Counted from the stretch's first letter, positions 13,623 to 26,992 are shown. The stretch: 64,000 nucleotides of DNA from Mobula hypostoma (GCF_963921235.1 NC_086097.1:208136001-208200000); one strand, 5' to 3'. Notes: generated by a model from the sequence alone, not told the origin. Numbers and translations: made by a program.

Positions 13623-14742
13623 CAGTGGCATGCAAAAGTTTGGGCATCCCTGGTCAAAATTTCTGTTACTGTGAATAGCTAAGCGAGTAAAAGATGAACT
13701 GATTTCCAAAAGGCATAAAGTTAAAGATGACACATTTCTTTAATATCTTAAGCAAGAAAACTTTTTTATTTCCATCTTTTACATTTTCAAAATAACGAAG
13801 AAGGAAAAGGGCCTGAAGCAAAAGTTTGGGTACCCTGCATGGCAGTACTTAGTAACGCCCCCTTTGGCAAGTATCACAGCTTGTAAATGCTTTTTGTAGC
13901 CAGCTAAGAGTCTTTTAATTCTTGTTTGGGGGATTTTCGTCCATTCTTCCTTGCAAAAGGCTTCTAGTCCTGTGAGATTCTTGGGCCATCTTGCATGCAC
14001 TGCTCTTTTGAGGTCTGTCCACAGATTCGCGATGATCAATCCACTCCTGTGCTTAAGAGTTGGAGAGGTGTTCTTTTCATGAAATTCTGCACCCTTTTCT
14101 CAAACATACCTTTGCTCATTGTGGACAAAAGTTCTATTTTAATTTCATCAGTCCACAGGACTTGTTTCCAGAATGCATCAGGCTTGTTTAGATGTTCCTT
14201 TGAAACTTTTGAAAAGAACACCTCTCCAACTGTTAAGCACGGGGGTGGATCGATCATTCTTTGGGCATGTGTTGCAGCCAGTAACATGGCAAACATTTAC
14301 TGGTAGGAGGAAGAATGAATTCAATTAAATACCAGCAAATTCTGAAAGCAAACATCACATTGCCTGTAAAAAAATCGAAGATGAAAAGAGGAAGGCTTCT
14401 TCAACAGTATAATGAACTTAAACACACCTCAAAATCCACAATGGACTACCTCAAGAGGCACAAGCTGAATGTTTTGTCATGGCCCTCACAGTCCCCTGAC
14501 CTAAACATCATCGAAAATCTGTGGATGCAGGGTACCTAAACTTTTGCTTTGGGCCCTTTTCCTTTTTTGTTATTTTGAAACTGTAAAAGGTGGAAATAAA
14601 AATATTTTCTTGCTTAAAATATGAAAGAAATGTGTCATCTTTAACTTTATGCCTTTTGGAAATCAGTTCATCTTTCATTCACTTAGCTATTCACAGTAAC
14701 AGAAGTTTTGACCAGGGGTGCCCAAACGTTTGCATACCACTG
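13623..14742. mobile_element. Non-autonomous Tc1/mariner transposon with internal inversion
   Basis: TA TSD (13621-22, 14743-44). ~215-bp TIRs starting CAGTGGCATGCAAAAGTTTGGG with an inner direct repeat. Transposase pieces VLWTDE, KHGGGSIILW, WPSQSPDLNIIENLW, LAKGGVTKY. Confidence 0.95.
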
Positions 14743-14759
14743 TAGATCATCTAATATTG

Positions 14760-15240
14760 ACCCCTGTCTTTCCAAATTCTCTCCAATAATTTCCAGATCA
14801 CTTGCAGGCCTGTAGTTATCTACCTTATCCCTGCTACCCTTCTTGAGTAAAGATATTCACATTGGTTATTGTCAAATCATTAAACACCATGCCTGTGATC
14901 AGTGATATTTAAACATTCCTGTCAGGGCCCCAGCATTCCATGGAATTCTGAGATAGATCTCATTAGGTTCTGGGGACCTAATCACCATTAAATCCACTAA
15001 CATATCCTCCTTTTTAACAGCAACTTGTTCTAAGATTTCACCACCCTCTTCCTCTGATTACAATATCCTTCTCCCTAGTAACTACAGATGAGAAGAATTA
15101 ATTTAATACTTCTCCTAAACCCTTAGGCTTCATGAAAACATTTCTCCTTCAAACATTAACAGGCCCTTTTCTTTCCCTGGCTATCCTCCTTACCTTAATA
15201 TGTTGTTCCTTAGTGATATTTAATGTCCTCTTTTTCAAAA
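14760..15240 (-). mobile_element. Old CR1 fragment
   Basis: Reverse remnants of the K.GSRDK..NYRP and YFSSVV regions. Confidence 0.55.
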
Positions 15241-15690
15241 GGAAGCATCTGAGCTTCTACTCTTTAATCTGCATCCAACTCCCTGAATTTGTGCTGTAGG
15301 ATGTCACTTCTGTTTTAATTTATGTCATTAGTACCATTGCAAACCCTAGCTTCTAGCAATTTATGCTTATAGAAAACCCTGCAACCATTTTGTGACATCG
15401 TTGGCCCTGGCATCAAGAAGGCAGCGCATTGTCCTAAATTCACATCTGCTGCTACATAGGCGCTAGTTTACTCCACTCAGTAATGGGTCTCCTACTGCTA
15501 TTTAAAAATGGTTTTGAGGCTAAGATTGGATTAGTGTTGATATCACTGAATGGCAGAGGAGTCTTGAGGGGTCACTGGCCTACCTCTTTCCTTTCCTTTT
15601 TTTTTGTTCTTATGTTGTGTAGTTGTACACAAAGTTACTTACTCTTGTTCCATAACCAGCAACAAAATAAATGACCAGAGTTTCATGATA

Positions 15691-15898
15691 TCCACTTTAT
15701 TAGGTACAGCTGTGTACCTGCTCATTAATGCAAATATCTAATCAGCCAATCATGTGGCAGCAGCTCAATGCAGAAAAGCATGCAGACGTGGTCAAAAGGT
15801 TCAGTTGTTGTTTAGACCAAACATCAGAATAGGGGAAGAAATGTGATCGAAGAGATTAACTGTAGGATGATTTTAGGTGCCTGATGGGGTGGTTTGAG
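15691..15898 (+). mobile_element. Tc1-like 5' remnant
   Basis: TIR-like CCACTTTATTAGGTAC, followed by a degenerate transposase start GKKCD....RMILGA..GGL. Confidence 0.65.
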
Positions 15899-16396
15899 GT
15901 GACGGTAATATAATCGGGGAAGCGGGGTTTTAGTGTAACATCAAAGGTCAATACTCACAACTATGGAGAATGCTTTCAATGTTGCACTGAGGAATCCAGG
16001 TATACTGAGATCTTTGAATCACAGCTTGCACCTCTTACTTCTGTCTGAGAAACAAGACTGCTACCACCGAGTCATGTCTGGCACTACTCATACATCAATC
16101 ACAAGTCGCAGCAAGAACAATCGACAGGTGTCTCAGATTTCCTTATTTCTACATGGTGTTGCAAGCATCTATTATCAGAATGAAAAGATAATCAGAACTG
16201 AAAGTAACAGTATGAAAGTCATACTGTTCTTTTTCTTAGTTTACTCTTTAAACTTCAGTCATTTTGGCTCATGTTTTTCCATAAATGTAAAATCAAATAC
16301 AAAGTAAAAACATCCTTATGCTATTTTCTTTAGGATAGCATTTTTATATCACTGAAACCATTATTATAACTGGAGCTATGCAGCACACCATAATTA

Positions 16397-18658
16397 CAAA
16401 ATACTCTGCAGATGCTGGGGTCAAAGCAACACGCACAACCTGCTGGAGGAACTCAGCAGGTCGGGCAGCATCCATGGAAACAAACTGTCAACGTTTCGGG
16501 CCGAGACCCTTCATCAGGACTGAAGAGGGAAGGGGTAGGGGCCCTATAAAGGTGGGGGGAGGGTGGGAAGGAGAAGGCTGGTAGGAGCCAGGTGAAAAAC
16601 CAGTAAGGGGAAAGATCAAGGGGTGGGGGAGGGGAAGCAGGGAGGGGATAGGCAGGAAAGGTGAAGAAGGAATCACGGCCCTTATCAACTCCAGAGACCT
16701 TCCATCCTCAGCCACGAAACTCATAATCCCCATACCCCGCACTGCTCAGTTTTACCTTCTCCCCAAGATCCACAAGCCTGACTGTCCCGGTAGACCCATA
16801 GTTTCTGCCTGCTTCTGCCCCATCAAACTTGTATCTGCCTACCTGGACTCCATTTTGTCACCCATAGTTCAGTCCCTCCCCACCTAAATCCAGGATACAC
16901 CCCATGCCCTCCAGCTCTTCAATAACTCCCAGTTCCCCGGTCCCGACCGCTTCATTTTCACTATGGATGTCCAATCCTTATACACATCCATTCCCCATCA
17001 AGAAGGCCCCAAAGCCCTCCACTACTTTCTGTACAATAGACCTCACCAGTTCCCCACCACCACCACCCTCCTCCGGTTGGCAGAACTGGTACGCACACTT
17101 AATAACTTCTCTTTTGGCTCTTCCCACTTTCTTCAGACCAAGGGTGTAGCTATAGGCACTCGCATGGGCCCCAGCTATGCCTTCCTCTTCATTGGTTATG
17201 TGGAACAGTCTATGCTCCAAACCTATACTGGTACTGCTCCCCAACTTTTCCTTCCCTACATTGACGACTACATTGATGCTGCTTCCTGCACCTATGCTGA
17301 GTGCGTCAATTTCATCGACTTTGCTTCTAACTTCCACCCAGCCCTCAAGTTCACCTAGTCCATCTCAGACACCTCTCTCCCCTTTCTCGATCTCTCGGTC
17401 TCCATCTCTGGAGACAGACTGTCCACTGACATCTTCTATAAGCCCACTGACTCTCATGACAGCCTCGACTATACCTCTTCCCACCCTGCCACATGCAAAA
17501 TTGCTATTCCCTATTCCCAGTTCCTCTGTCTCCGCTGCATCTGCTCCAAGGATGAAGCTTTCGTTCCAGGACATCTCAAATGTCCTCTTTTCTTTAAGGA
17601 TCGTGGCTTCCCTTCTGCCGTCATCAATGATGCCCTCACCTGCATCTTCTCCATTTCCCACACTTCGGCCCTCACCCCATCCTCCCATCACCACAACAGG
17701 GACAGAGTTCCCCTTGTCCTCACCTACCACCCCACCAGCCTCCAGATCCAGCACATTATCCTCAGCAACTTCCACCACCTTCAACAGGACCCCATCACTA
17801 AGCACATCTTTCCTTCTCCACCCCTCTCCGCTTTCTGCAGGAATCAATCCCTCCGTGACTCCCTGGTCCACAAGTCCCTCCCCATGGATCTCCCACCTGG
17901 CACTTATCCCTGCAAGCGTAAGTGCTACACCTGTCCCTACACCTCCTCTCTTGCCACCATTCAGGGCCCCAAACAGTCCTTCCAGGTGAGGCAACACTTC
18001 ACTTGTGAGTCTGTTGGGGTCATCTATTGCATCCGGTGCTCCCGGTGCAGCCTCCAGTGAGTCCCGACGCAGATTGGGGGACCGCTTCATCAAGCACCTC
18101 CACTCCGTCCGCCACAACAGACAGGATCTCCCATTTGCCACCCACTTCAACTCTGCTTCGCATTCCCATTCGGATATGTCCATACATGGCCTCCTCTACT
18201 GCCATGATGAGGCCAAACTCATTTTGGAGGAGCAACACCTCATATACCATCTGGGTAGTCTACAGCCCTTTGGCATGAACTTTGAATTCTCCAACTTCTG
18301 GTAATTCCCTCCTCCTCCCTTCCCCCATCCCAGTTTCACTCTGCCCCCTCCCCCAGCTGCCCATCACCTCCGTCATGATTCCGCCTCCTTCTACTACCCA
18401 TTCTGCTTTCCCCTGTTCCTTCTTCACCTTTCCTGCCTATCCCCTCCCTGCTTCCCCTCCCCCACCCCTTGACCTTTCCCCTTACTGGTTTTTCATCTGG
18501 CTCCTACCAGCCTTCTCCTTCCCACCCTCCCCCACTTTCTTTATAGGGCCCCTGCCCCCTCCCTCTTCAGTCCGGAAGAGTCTCGGCCCAGAATGTTGAC
18601 TATTCATTTCCACGGATGCGGCCCAACCTGCTGAGTTCCTCCAGCATGTTGTGCATGT
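16397..18658 (+). mobile_element. Penelope-like retroelement (RT + GIY-YIG), 5'-truncated, with inverted terminal repeat
   Basis: RT motifs FYLLPKIHK, MDVQSLYTSIP, G.AIGTRMGP, YIDD, FLDL. GIY-YIG-like region RRRLGDRF..H at ~18000-18300. 16425-16673 is an inverted copy of the 3' end, plus an extra tail. 18-bp TSD TGCAGCACACCATAATTA (16379-16396 / 18659-18676). Confidence 0.95.
16486..16523 (-). ncRNA. Minimal type I hammerhead ribozyme motif in Penelope terminal repeat
   Basis: Minus strand reads GTC-CTGATGA-AGGGTCTCGGCCC-GAAA-CGTT-GAC, giving the core boxes CUGANGA and GAAA, stem II GGG/CCC and stem I GTC/GAC. Confidence 0.7.
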
Positions 18659-19576
18659 TGCAGCACACCATAATTATTTGCTAAATTCTAATTTTTGCAA
18701 GATATTGTATTTACTATTTCCCTGTAGGCTGACACTAATAACGATATTCCTTACTATTTTCCATGGCAACAGATGGAAGACCAGCCACAGTGGAAAAATA
18801 ATGTACCTGCACAGGGTGCAGGGAATAGAAAACAGCAGTTTTTTTTTCTCTCACAGTGGTGAATCAATCAAGAGGTAATGCCACACTGTGATTCTCCTAG
18901 CAGCTTAATTAATACTTTCTTTCGGTTGTGTCTCAAAAACATTGCATAGCTATCAATTTCTATAAGCTTCCAAGTATTGAATAACTGAAATGTCCGGCAG
19001 GAATGAAAGGTGATAGTGTAAAAATTAAATTGAGTTCAGACTGAATACAAATCAATGTGCCAATGCTGCATATCATTTTTGAGACCTGGAACAGGACTGA
19101 AAGACCTTATAAAGAAGTATCTGATGGTTATAGCTGGATGTTTATTCAGTTGGCCCCCATTTTCTTTATAATTTTCAAAAATATGAAACACAAACATCTT
19201 TTGGAAATTCTGATACTAGAGAACAATAAATGGCCTACTCCTGCACCTATTTTCTATGTTTCTATATTTCTTAATATAAGGGCAAAACATGTCATTTCTC
19301 ATTCCTGCTAAATACCTAGGAGATATCAGACACTGGCAGAACTCACCTATGTGTACATAAACTGATTATTCTATTGCACAGCTAAGCATTAATTCTTCTC
19401 AGCAGTCCATAATATTTTCAGTAAATCTAAGTATTATGATGTCATGGTGAAGTAAATTAACCATCTTCTGAGGATTAACTGATTATGATAAGAAGATAAG
19501 AAAAACAACTTGCTTTCTGTTTTATAATCAAAATTTTCTATAAAATGCCCTATTTATCTGAAATATTTGGCTATAT

Positions 19577-19925
19577 CAGTGGTCCCCAACCTCCGGGCCG
19601 CGAATCAATACATTGCTGCGAAGGATGCAGGGGTGCAGTGGCAGCCGGAACGCTCCCAGCACAACTTTAAGTAAAAAGCCGAAATAAATAAACTAATTAA
19701 TTAGGTGCCACCCGGCACGTAAATGTTGGCTCAAATCAGAGGCGATTGTTGATTGCGTTGCCTCTGATCTGTGCCGACACTTACATGCTGGGCGGCATCT
19801 AATTAATTAGCTTATTTATTTCGGCTTTTTTCTTAAAGATGTGCTGGGTGCGTTCCAGCTGCCGCTGTACCGCTGCATTCTTCGCGGCCGGTATCGGTCC
19901 ACGGCCCGGAGCTTGGGGACCACTG
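19577..19925. mobile_element. hAT/Charlie-type MITE, palindromic along its whole length
   Basis: TIR CAGTGGTCCCCAA / TTGGGGACCACTG. Perfect 8-bp TSD GGCTATAT (19569-76 / 19926-33). Fold-back centred near 19750. Confidence 0.95.
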
Positions 19926-20332
19926 GGCTATATTGTTTGGCTTTCAGTTCATACCAATGAGTCAATTCAAATCACAATGACTAAAAGTAACTATCTTGTT
20001 TCATTAGGTTTCCTCAAATCTAATCTAACGGACAATAAAATGCAATGGACTGTACAGTATCAATTTGCGGAGGCATTGTTTAGCACACAACAAAATATCA
20101 GAATGAAAATTTTCAATAGAACACAATTTCAATTCCTTATATACTATGGTTGAAAACCTTTCAACTTATCCTTCCTTCCACAGTCTCCTAATGTATTAAA
20201 ACCTACAGTAATCGATATCTCCAACATCCTATCGATTAATTTACAGAATAAGCATGACAAATTATTCCATAACTTAAAAACTAACCTTTTAGCACCTCTG
20301 GCCCAACTGGTGCCTCATGCTATTCTTTTTCA

Positions 20333-23300
20333 GAGCAACACCACACAAAATATAAGAGGAGCTCCAGGCGTCAGGCTGTATCTATGCAAATGAATAGACA
20401 ATCGATGTTTTGGACCAAGATCCTTTTTCAGAACTGGAAAGGAAGGAGAGGATGCTAGAATAAAAAGGCGGGGGGAGGGGAAGGAGGACTAGTTGGAAGA
20501 TGAAAAGTGAAACCAGTTGGGTGGAAAAGGTAAAGGGCTGGAGAAGAAGGAAACCAATAGGAGAGGAGAGTTGGCCATGGGAGAAGGGGAAGAAGGAGGA
20601 GCACGGGGGAAAGGAGATAGGCAGGTGAGGAGAAGACAGAAGAGGTAAGAGACCAGAGTGAGTAATAGAACAAGAGGGAAGGGGGAAAGAAATTCTGACC
20701 AGGAGAAATTGATATTCATGCCATCAAGTTGGAGGCTACCTAGATGGAATATAAGGTGTTGCTCCTCCACCCTGAGAGTTGCCGCAATGTGGCAAAAGAG
20801 GAGGCCGTGGACTGACATGTTGGAATGCAAATGAGGATAGGAATTAAAATAGCTGGTCACTGGGAAATTCCACTCTTGGCAAATGGAGCATAGTGTTTGA
20901 CAAAATGGTCCCCTACTTTACTTTTCGCCAATCGAGAGGAGGCTGCATCAGGTACAGGAGATGACTGCAACAGGAGATTCGCAGGTGGAGGGTTGCCTCA
21001 CCTGGAAGGATTGTTTGGGGCCCTGAATGGATGTAAGAAAGGAGGCAAATAGGCAGGTTTAGCATTTAGATCACTTACAGTTGTATGTGCCAGGAGGGAG
21101 ATTAGTGGGAAGGGATGAATGGACAAGTGAATCAGAGATGGAACGATCCCTGCGGAAAGCGGAGAGAGGGGGTTAGGTAAAGAAGTGTTTGGTGATAAGA
21201 TCCCGTTGAAGATGGCAGAAGTTGTGGGGAATGATCTGTTGAATGCAGAGGCTCAAGGGGTGGAACGTGAGGAGAAGAGGAACTGCATCCCTGGAAACAG
21301 CAATGGAGAGCAGAGTGAGCGCAGATGTCCAGGAAATGGAGGAGATGCAGATGAGGGCAGCATCAATGTTGGAGGAAGGGAAACACTGATATTTGAAAAA
21401 AGAGGATATTCCTGGTGTCCTGGGAAAGAAAGACTCACCCTGGGAACAGATGTGGTGGAGACGAAGAAACTGAGGAACGGTAACAGCTTTTTTACAGAAC
21501 CCAGTGTGGGAAGTTAGCCATGGGAATTGGTAGATTTATAAAACATGTCAGAAAACAGTTTATCTCCAGAGAAGAAGACAGAGAGATTAAGAAAGGGAGG
21601 GAGGTGTTAAAAATGGATCAAGTGAACTTAAGGGCAGGGTCGCACTTGGAGGCAAAGCTGATGAAATTGATGAGCTCAGCATGGGTGCAGGAAGTAGCAC
21701 CAATGCCGTCGTCAATGTAGTGCAGGAAGAGTAGGGAGGCACTACCATGAAAGGCTTGGAATATTGACCGTTCTCCATAGCCAATGAAAAGGCTGGCATA
21801 GCAGGAGCAATGGCTACCCCTAGAGTTGGGAGAAAGTGGGACGAGCAAAGGAAAAATTGTTCAGGCTGTGGACTATGCAGTAGAGCTTTAAGGCTTTCTT
21901 GATGGTGGATAGAGGTGTATAGGGACTGGACATCCAAGGTGAAACTGAGATAGTCAGGGCCAGGGAATTGAAAGTTGTTGAGGAGATCAAGTGCATGCGA
22001 AATATCACAGATATAGGTGGGAAGGGAGTGAACTAAGGGGGAAGAGAATTGAGTTGAGGTATGCAGACATACTTTACTTTACTTTATACTTTATTGTTGC
22101 CAAACAATTGATACTAGAACGTATAATCATCACACCGATATTTGATACTGCGCTTCACACTCCCTGGATTACAAATATTAAATATTCAAAATATTTAAAA
22201 TAGTAAAAAGTTAGTAAATATTAAAAAATTAAATCATATATCATAAATAGAAAATAGAAAAATGGAAAGTAAGGTAGTGCAAAAAAAAAAACCAAGAGGC
22301 AGGTCCGGATATTTGGAGGGTACGACCCAGATCCGGGTCAGGATCTGTTCAGCAGTCTTATCACAGTCGGAAAGAAGCTGTTCCCAAATCTGGCCAAACG
22401 AGTCTACAAGCTCCTGAGCCTTCTCCCGGAGGGAAGAGGGACGAAAAGTGTGTTGGCTGGGTGGGCTGTGTCCTTGATTATCCTGGCAGCACTGCTCCGA
22501 CAGCGTGCGGTGTAAAGTGAGTCCAAGGACAGAAGATTGGTTTGTGTGATGTGCTGTGCCGTGTTCACGATCTTCTGCAGCTTCTTTCGGTCTTGGACAG
22601 GACAACTTCCATCTCAGGTTGTGATGCACCCTAGAAGAATGGTTTCTACGGTGCATCTATAAAAATTAGTGAGGGTTTTAGGGGACAGGCCAAATTTCTT
22701 TAGTGTTCTCAGGAAGTAAATGCGCTGGTGGGCCTTCTTGGCAGTGAATTCTGCTTGGTTCGACCAAGTCAGGTCATTTGTGATATTGACCCCAAGGAAT
22801 GTAAAGCTTTTGACCTGTTCCACTTGCGCACCACTGATGTAAATTTGGTCGTGCGGTCCGCTGCTCTTTCTGAAGTCAACAACCAATTCCTTCATCTTGC
22901 TGACATTGAGGGATAGGTTATTGTCTTCACACCATGCCACCCGGTTCTTAATATCCTCTCTGTACTCAAACTCATCATTACCCGAGATACGGCCTACAAT
23001 TGTTGTGTCATCAGCAAACTTAGATACTGAGTTTGATGGAAACTTGGCTACACAATCATGGGTGTACAGTGAATACAGCAGGGGGCTGAGTACACAGCCT
23101 TGTGGGGCACCGGTGCTCAGAGTGATTGTAGAGGAGAACTTGTCCCCTATTTTTACAGCCTGGGTCCTGTCTGTGAGGAAGTTGAAGATCCAGCTGCAGA
23201 TCTGAGTGCTAAGGCCCAGCTTCCGGAGCTTAGGAATCAGATTATTTGAAATGATGGTATTAAAGGCAGAGCTGTAGTCAATGAAAAGGAGCCTTACGTA

Positions 23301-24726
23301 TGTGTCTTTATTCTCCAGGTGTTCTAAGGAGGAATATAAGGCCAGAGAGATGGTATCTGCCATTGACCTGTTGCTCCGGTAGGCGAATTGCAAAGCGTCG
23401 AGGTTGACCGGTAGGCTGTGGTTGATGTGTGCCGTAACCAATAACTCGAAGCACTTCACAGCAATTGATGTCAGAGCCACAGGTCGATAGTCATTCAGGC
23501 ATGCCACCTTGCTCTTCTTCGGCCCTGTGATTATCGTTGGCTTCTTAAAACACGAGGGGATCTTAGACTGAAGCAAGGAGCAGTTGAAGATGTCAGCAAA
23601 CACTCCAGCTAGCTCGCTTGCACAGGCCCGGAGAACCCGTCCTGGAACGCTATCTGGGCCCGTCGTCTTCCTTGGATTTATCTTCAGGAATGCCCTTCTA
23701 ATGTCCTCCTCGGTGATGGTGAATCTCAATGCCACCAGGGCCGGTTCATCCAGAGGGAGCGGAATGCTCCTCTTCTATTCGAATCTTGCACAGAATACGT
23801 TAAGTTTGTCAGGAGGAGAAGTTCATTAGGGTGGAAGTAGGCAGATACAGTGGGTGTACCTGGACAAACACTCCTCTTTTGCCATGATGAGGCCTTGAAC
23901 ATGCTCTTTGGGCCTGTGCGGTGAGGTGGAAAGCATTAGGTTCCAAAGTTTTTAGAGAAACTGAATTGATTAATTGTTGTCTAATAAAGTAATTAATTAT
24001 GTAAATTACTTGTATTTTTCTCAAGCAACTTGCTCTTTGTAATGCGGTCTGCTCGTTCCTTCTGAATTTTGATAGGCTCGAGAATTTCATGTTACTGCTA
24101 TTATTTAAACCAATACTCTAATCACGGGGTTCTCATTTTGAGAATGTCATGTCTCACAGTGTTCTGTTGGAATTCTTATTAATAAACTCTGGTCACCATT
24201 GGAGTCTGTATTTCTTCCACACTTGGATTCCAACATTGCCAGCACACATTGTGACAGAAGCCACTCACAGGGTGGAGGAGCAGCACCTCATATTCTGTCT
24301 GAGTAGCCTCCAACTTGATGGCATGAACATCAATTTCTCCTTTGGGTAAAATTTTGTCTTCCTTTTCCCTCTTCTACTATTCCCTACTCTGGCCTCTTAC
24401 CTCTTCTCCTCACCTGCCTATCATCTCCCTCTGGTGCTCCTCCTTCTTCCCTTTCTCCCATTGTTCACTCTCGTCTCTTATTAGATTCCTTCTTCTCCAG
24501 CCCTTTACCTTTCCCACTCACCTGGCTTCACCTATCATCTTACAGCTAGTACTCCTTCCCCTCCCCCCACCTTTTTATTCTAGCATCCCCTTTTCCTTTC
24601 CAGTCCTGAAGAAGGGTCTTGGCCTAAAACAATTGTCTATTCATTTCCATAGATGACCTGTTGAGTTTCTCCAGCATTTTGTGTGTGCTGCTCTGGATAT
24701 CCAGCTTCTGCAGAATCTCTTGTGTC
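20333..24726 (-). mobile_element. Older Penelope-like element with inverted terminal repeat, interrupted by Rex1 and a ~360-bp insert
   Basis: Minus-strand MDVQSLYTSI, YIDDGIG and VEEQHLIF. Plus-strand inverted 3' copy with tail at 23870-24726. Imperfect TSD TATTCTTTTTCA / TACTTCTTTTCA. Confidence 0.85.
22071..23808 (-). mobile_element. Rex1/Babar LINE, 5'-truncated
   Basis: 373-aa RT ORF 22614-23735 with [42 protein letters not shown]. (ACTTT)n tail at 22071. Confidence 0.95.
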
Positions 24727-25837
24727 TACTTCTTTTCATCTCTTATCAAAGCAGGTGGCATTACTGCATTCATCTGACCAAGAACCTGCTGGAGATTAGT
24801 ATAATACCAATAATTTTATCAAATTTATTACAAGAACCATTTGAAATAATCAACATTTTTCAGTCCAGAACACAAAACTCCCACCAACTCCTGGAACGGA
24901 GAGCATTAGGTTTCCTTAGTTACGGGATAGATATGTGACCAAGACAGATAGATCCTAAAATTTCATGGATCTAGCTTAAGTCTACTCCATTATATTGTTG
25001 GTAATCTGGCAGAATTTCTAAAAGGCTTAGAATAAATTGCTAAAAATGGATCATTTCACTGGAGTTATTACTTGTATCCTGTCTATTGTTATGATGGACA
25101 ATATATGTGTTAGCCCCATCACAGCTAAATGGTAAAAACAAAATCATGTCACAGATTTTCTTGCATTAGCTGCTCTGGGAGTGACCCATAGCATACTTCC
25201 TGATGCATAAGTAATTTGCCAGAGTAGCACATTTGACTTGAATGTTAAAAAAAAACCTGACAAACCAGTGTCTTTGAAAGAGATACAGCTTATAATTGAA
25301 GAGAAAAGTGGGTCTCTGGCTAAAATGAGGGTGAATTGCTCACTCTGTCAAGGCCAAGTAAAGTGGCTAATGGTACTCCCTAAAGTTGAATAATAATCAT
25401 CCAAGGTGAAAAATTCCCGAAACAAAATAGCAGAATGTTCTGACAAACAAAATAACAAATAGAACAAAGAAACAATTGAAACCATGACAGCAAAAACATT
25501 TATTTCAAATCAACTTGAAACGTAGTTTCCATAATTTAGCAATATATATTTATTCGTGTCAATAAATTCTATGTTGTGAATAGTTGCCTGGAAGTCCTGT
25601 GCTGTATTTAATATTTGAATAAGGCATATGCACGCCAATCACTCAGCCATCAGAAACGGCAGAATGGTAAAGCTTAAGTTTCAATTTTCCAACCAACTTC
25701 TCCAGTGGAATCTCACAGAGTTAGAGATGGATGATCTTCATACATCTCAACCACCAAAAACAATTCATCCATACTCCAAACCTGAGAAACCATATATGAA
25801 CATATTACAGCCAGAAAAAAAGATGAAGAATTTCCAG

Positions 25838-26293
25838 ACACATAATGCTAGAGAAACTCAGCAGCTTAGGTAACATCTCTGGAGAGGAATAAGCAGTTGA
25901 CATTTTGGGCCAAGATCATTCATTAGGAATGAAAAGGAAGGGGAAAGAAGCCAGAATAAGAAGGTAGGGGGAAGAGGAAGGGGTACAAACTGGCAAGAGA
26001 TAGGTGAACCCAGATGAGAGGGAAGGTCGGTGTGTGGGGGAGGGGTATGATGTGAGAAACTGGGAGATGATAAGTGGAAGAGCTAAAGGGCTGAAGAAGA
26101 AAGAGATAGGAGGAGCAAGTGGACAATGGGAGGAAGGGAAGGAGGAGGGGCATCAGAGGGTGGTGATGAACATGTGAGGAGAAAGGAAGAAGTAAGAGGG
26201 GAGCCAAAATGGGGAAAGGAAAAAAGAAAGAAAGGTGAAGGGGAGAAATTACCAGAAGTTAGAGAAATTAATACTTATGTCATCAGGTTGGAG
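25838..26293 (-). mobile_element. Penelope 3' terminal fragment
   Basis: Purine-rich block and terminal arm similar to 20336-20740. Confidence 0.75.
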
Positions 26294-26915
26294 CCATAGG
26301 CTTTGGGGGTTCTCAGAAACCTTAAACCACAACTTTAGGTATAAGAGCCTTTGTGTTCACATCATACTGAATTCAGAGTTTTCAGTGAGACAGGAAAACT
26401 GAGGCTAAGAGGTTAGTCTGCATTCTCCCTTTGTATGACCATGCTACTCCTTAGAGGGTACGAAGTGTAATTAATCCACCAAAGTATCTACTTCGTTGAA
26501 CCTCCCTTGGAAATCCACAACAAAGGAGACTTGTGCAGAAACTTGATTGCTTTTGAAAGTACTTCTTGCAGATGCTATTCTCAGAAGCAAATCACACACA
26601 TGCTTTACATAGTTAATCATTATTATGGTGGGGACTTGTGCAACAGCAGGGCCCATCCTTGAACATGCCCCTGCTCAGTCAGTATAGGCACAAAATCCTC
26701 AACTGATTTTTTTTCCCAAAAAAGACTTTATTCCTGATTAAAAAATAAATGTACAAGGAAGAAGCAATGCAAAGGAAAACCTTTACAGTATATTCATGAG
26801 AAATACTGCTCAGACATTACACCTGTGGAGATGTTGCCTTCTGGATAAACTTCAAAACAAAAGTCCCATTTTCCCCATTAAAACTGAATATGAAGACAAT
26901 TAGCACTCTTCTGAG

Positions 26916-26992
26916 AAGGGTTCCCACCCTGGGTTCCGCAGACCCCTTGGTTAATGGTGGGGGTCCTGGCATAAAAAGATTGGGAACCCCTG
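26916..26992. mobile_element. Tiny hAT-type MITE
   Basis: AGGGTTCCCA...TGGGAACCCCTG inverted ends. TSD is degenerate. Confidence 0.5.

Noticed and set aside
17177..18183. Long overlapping Ser/Pro-rich and Gly/Glu-rich ORFs
   Set aside because: They are mostly alternative or antisense frames of the C-rich Penelope coding strand.
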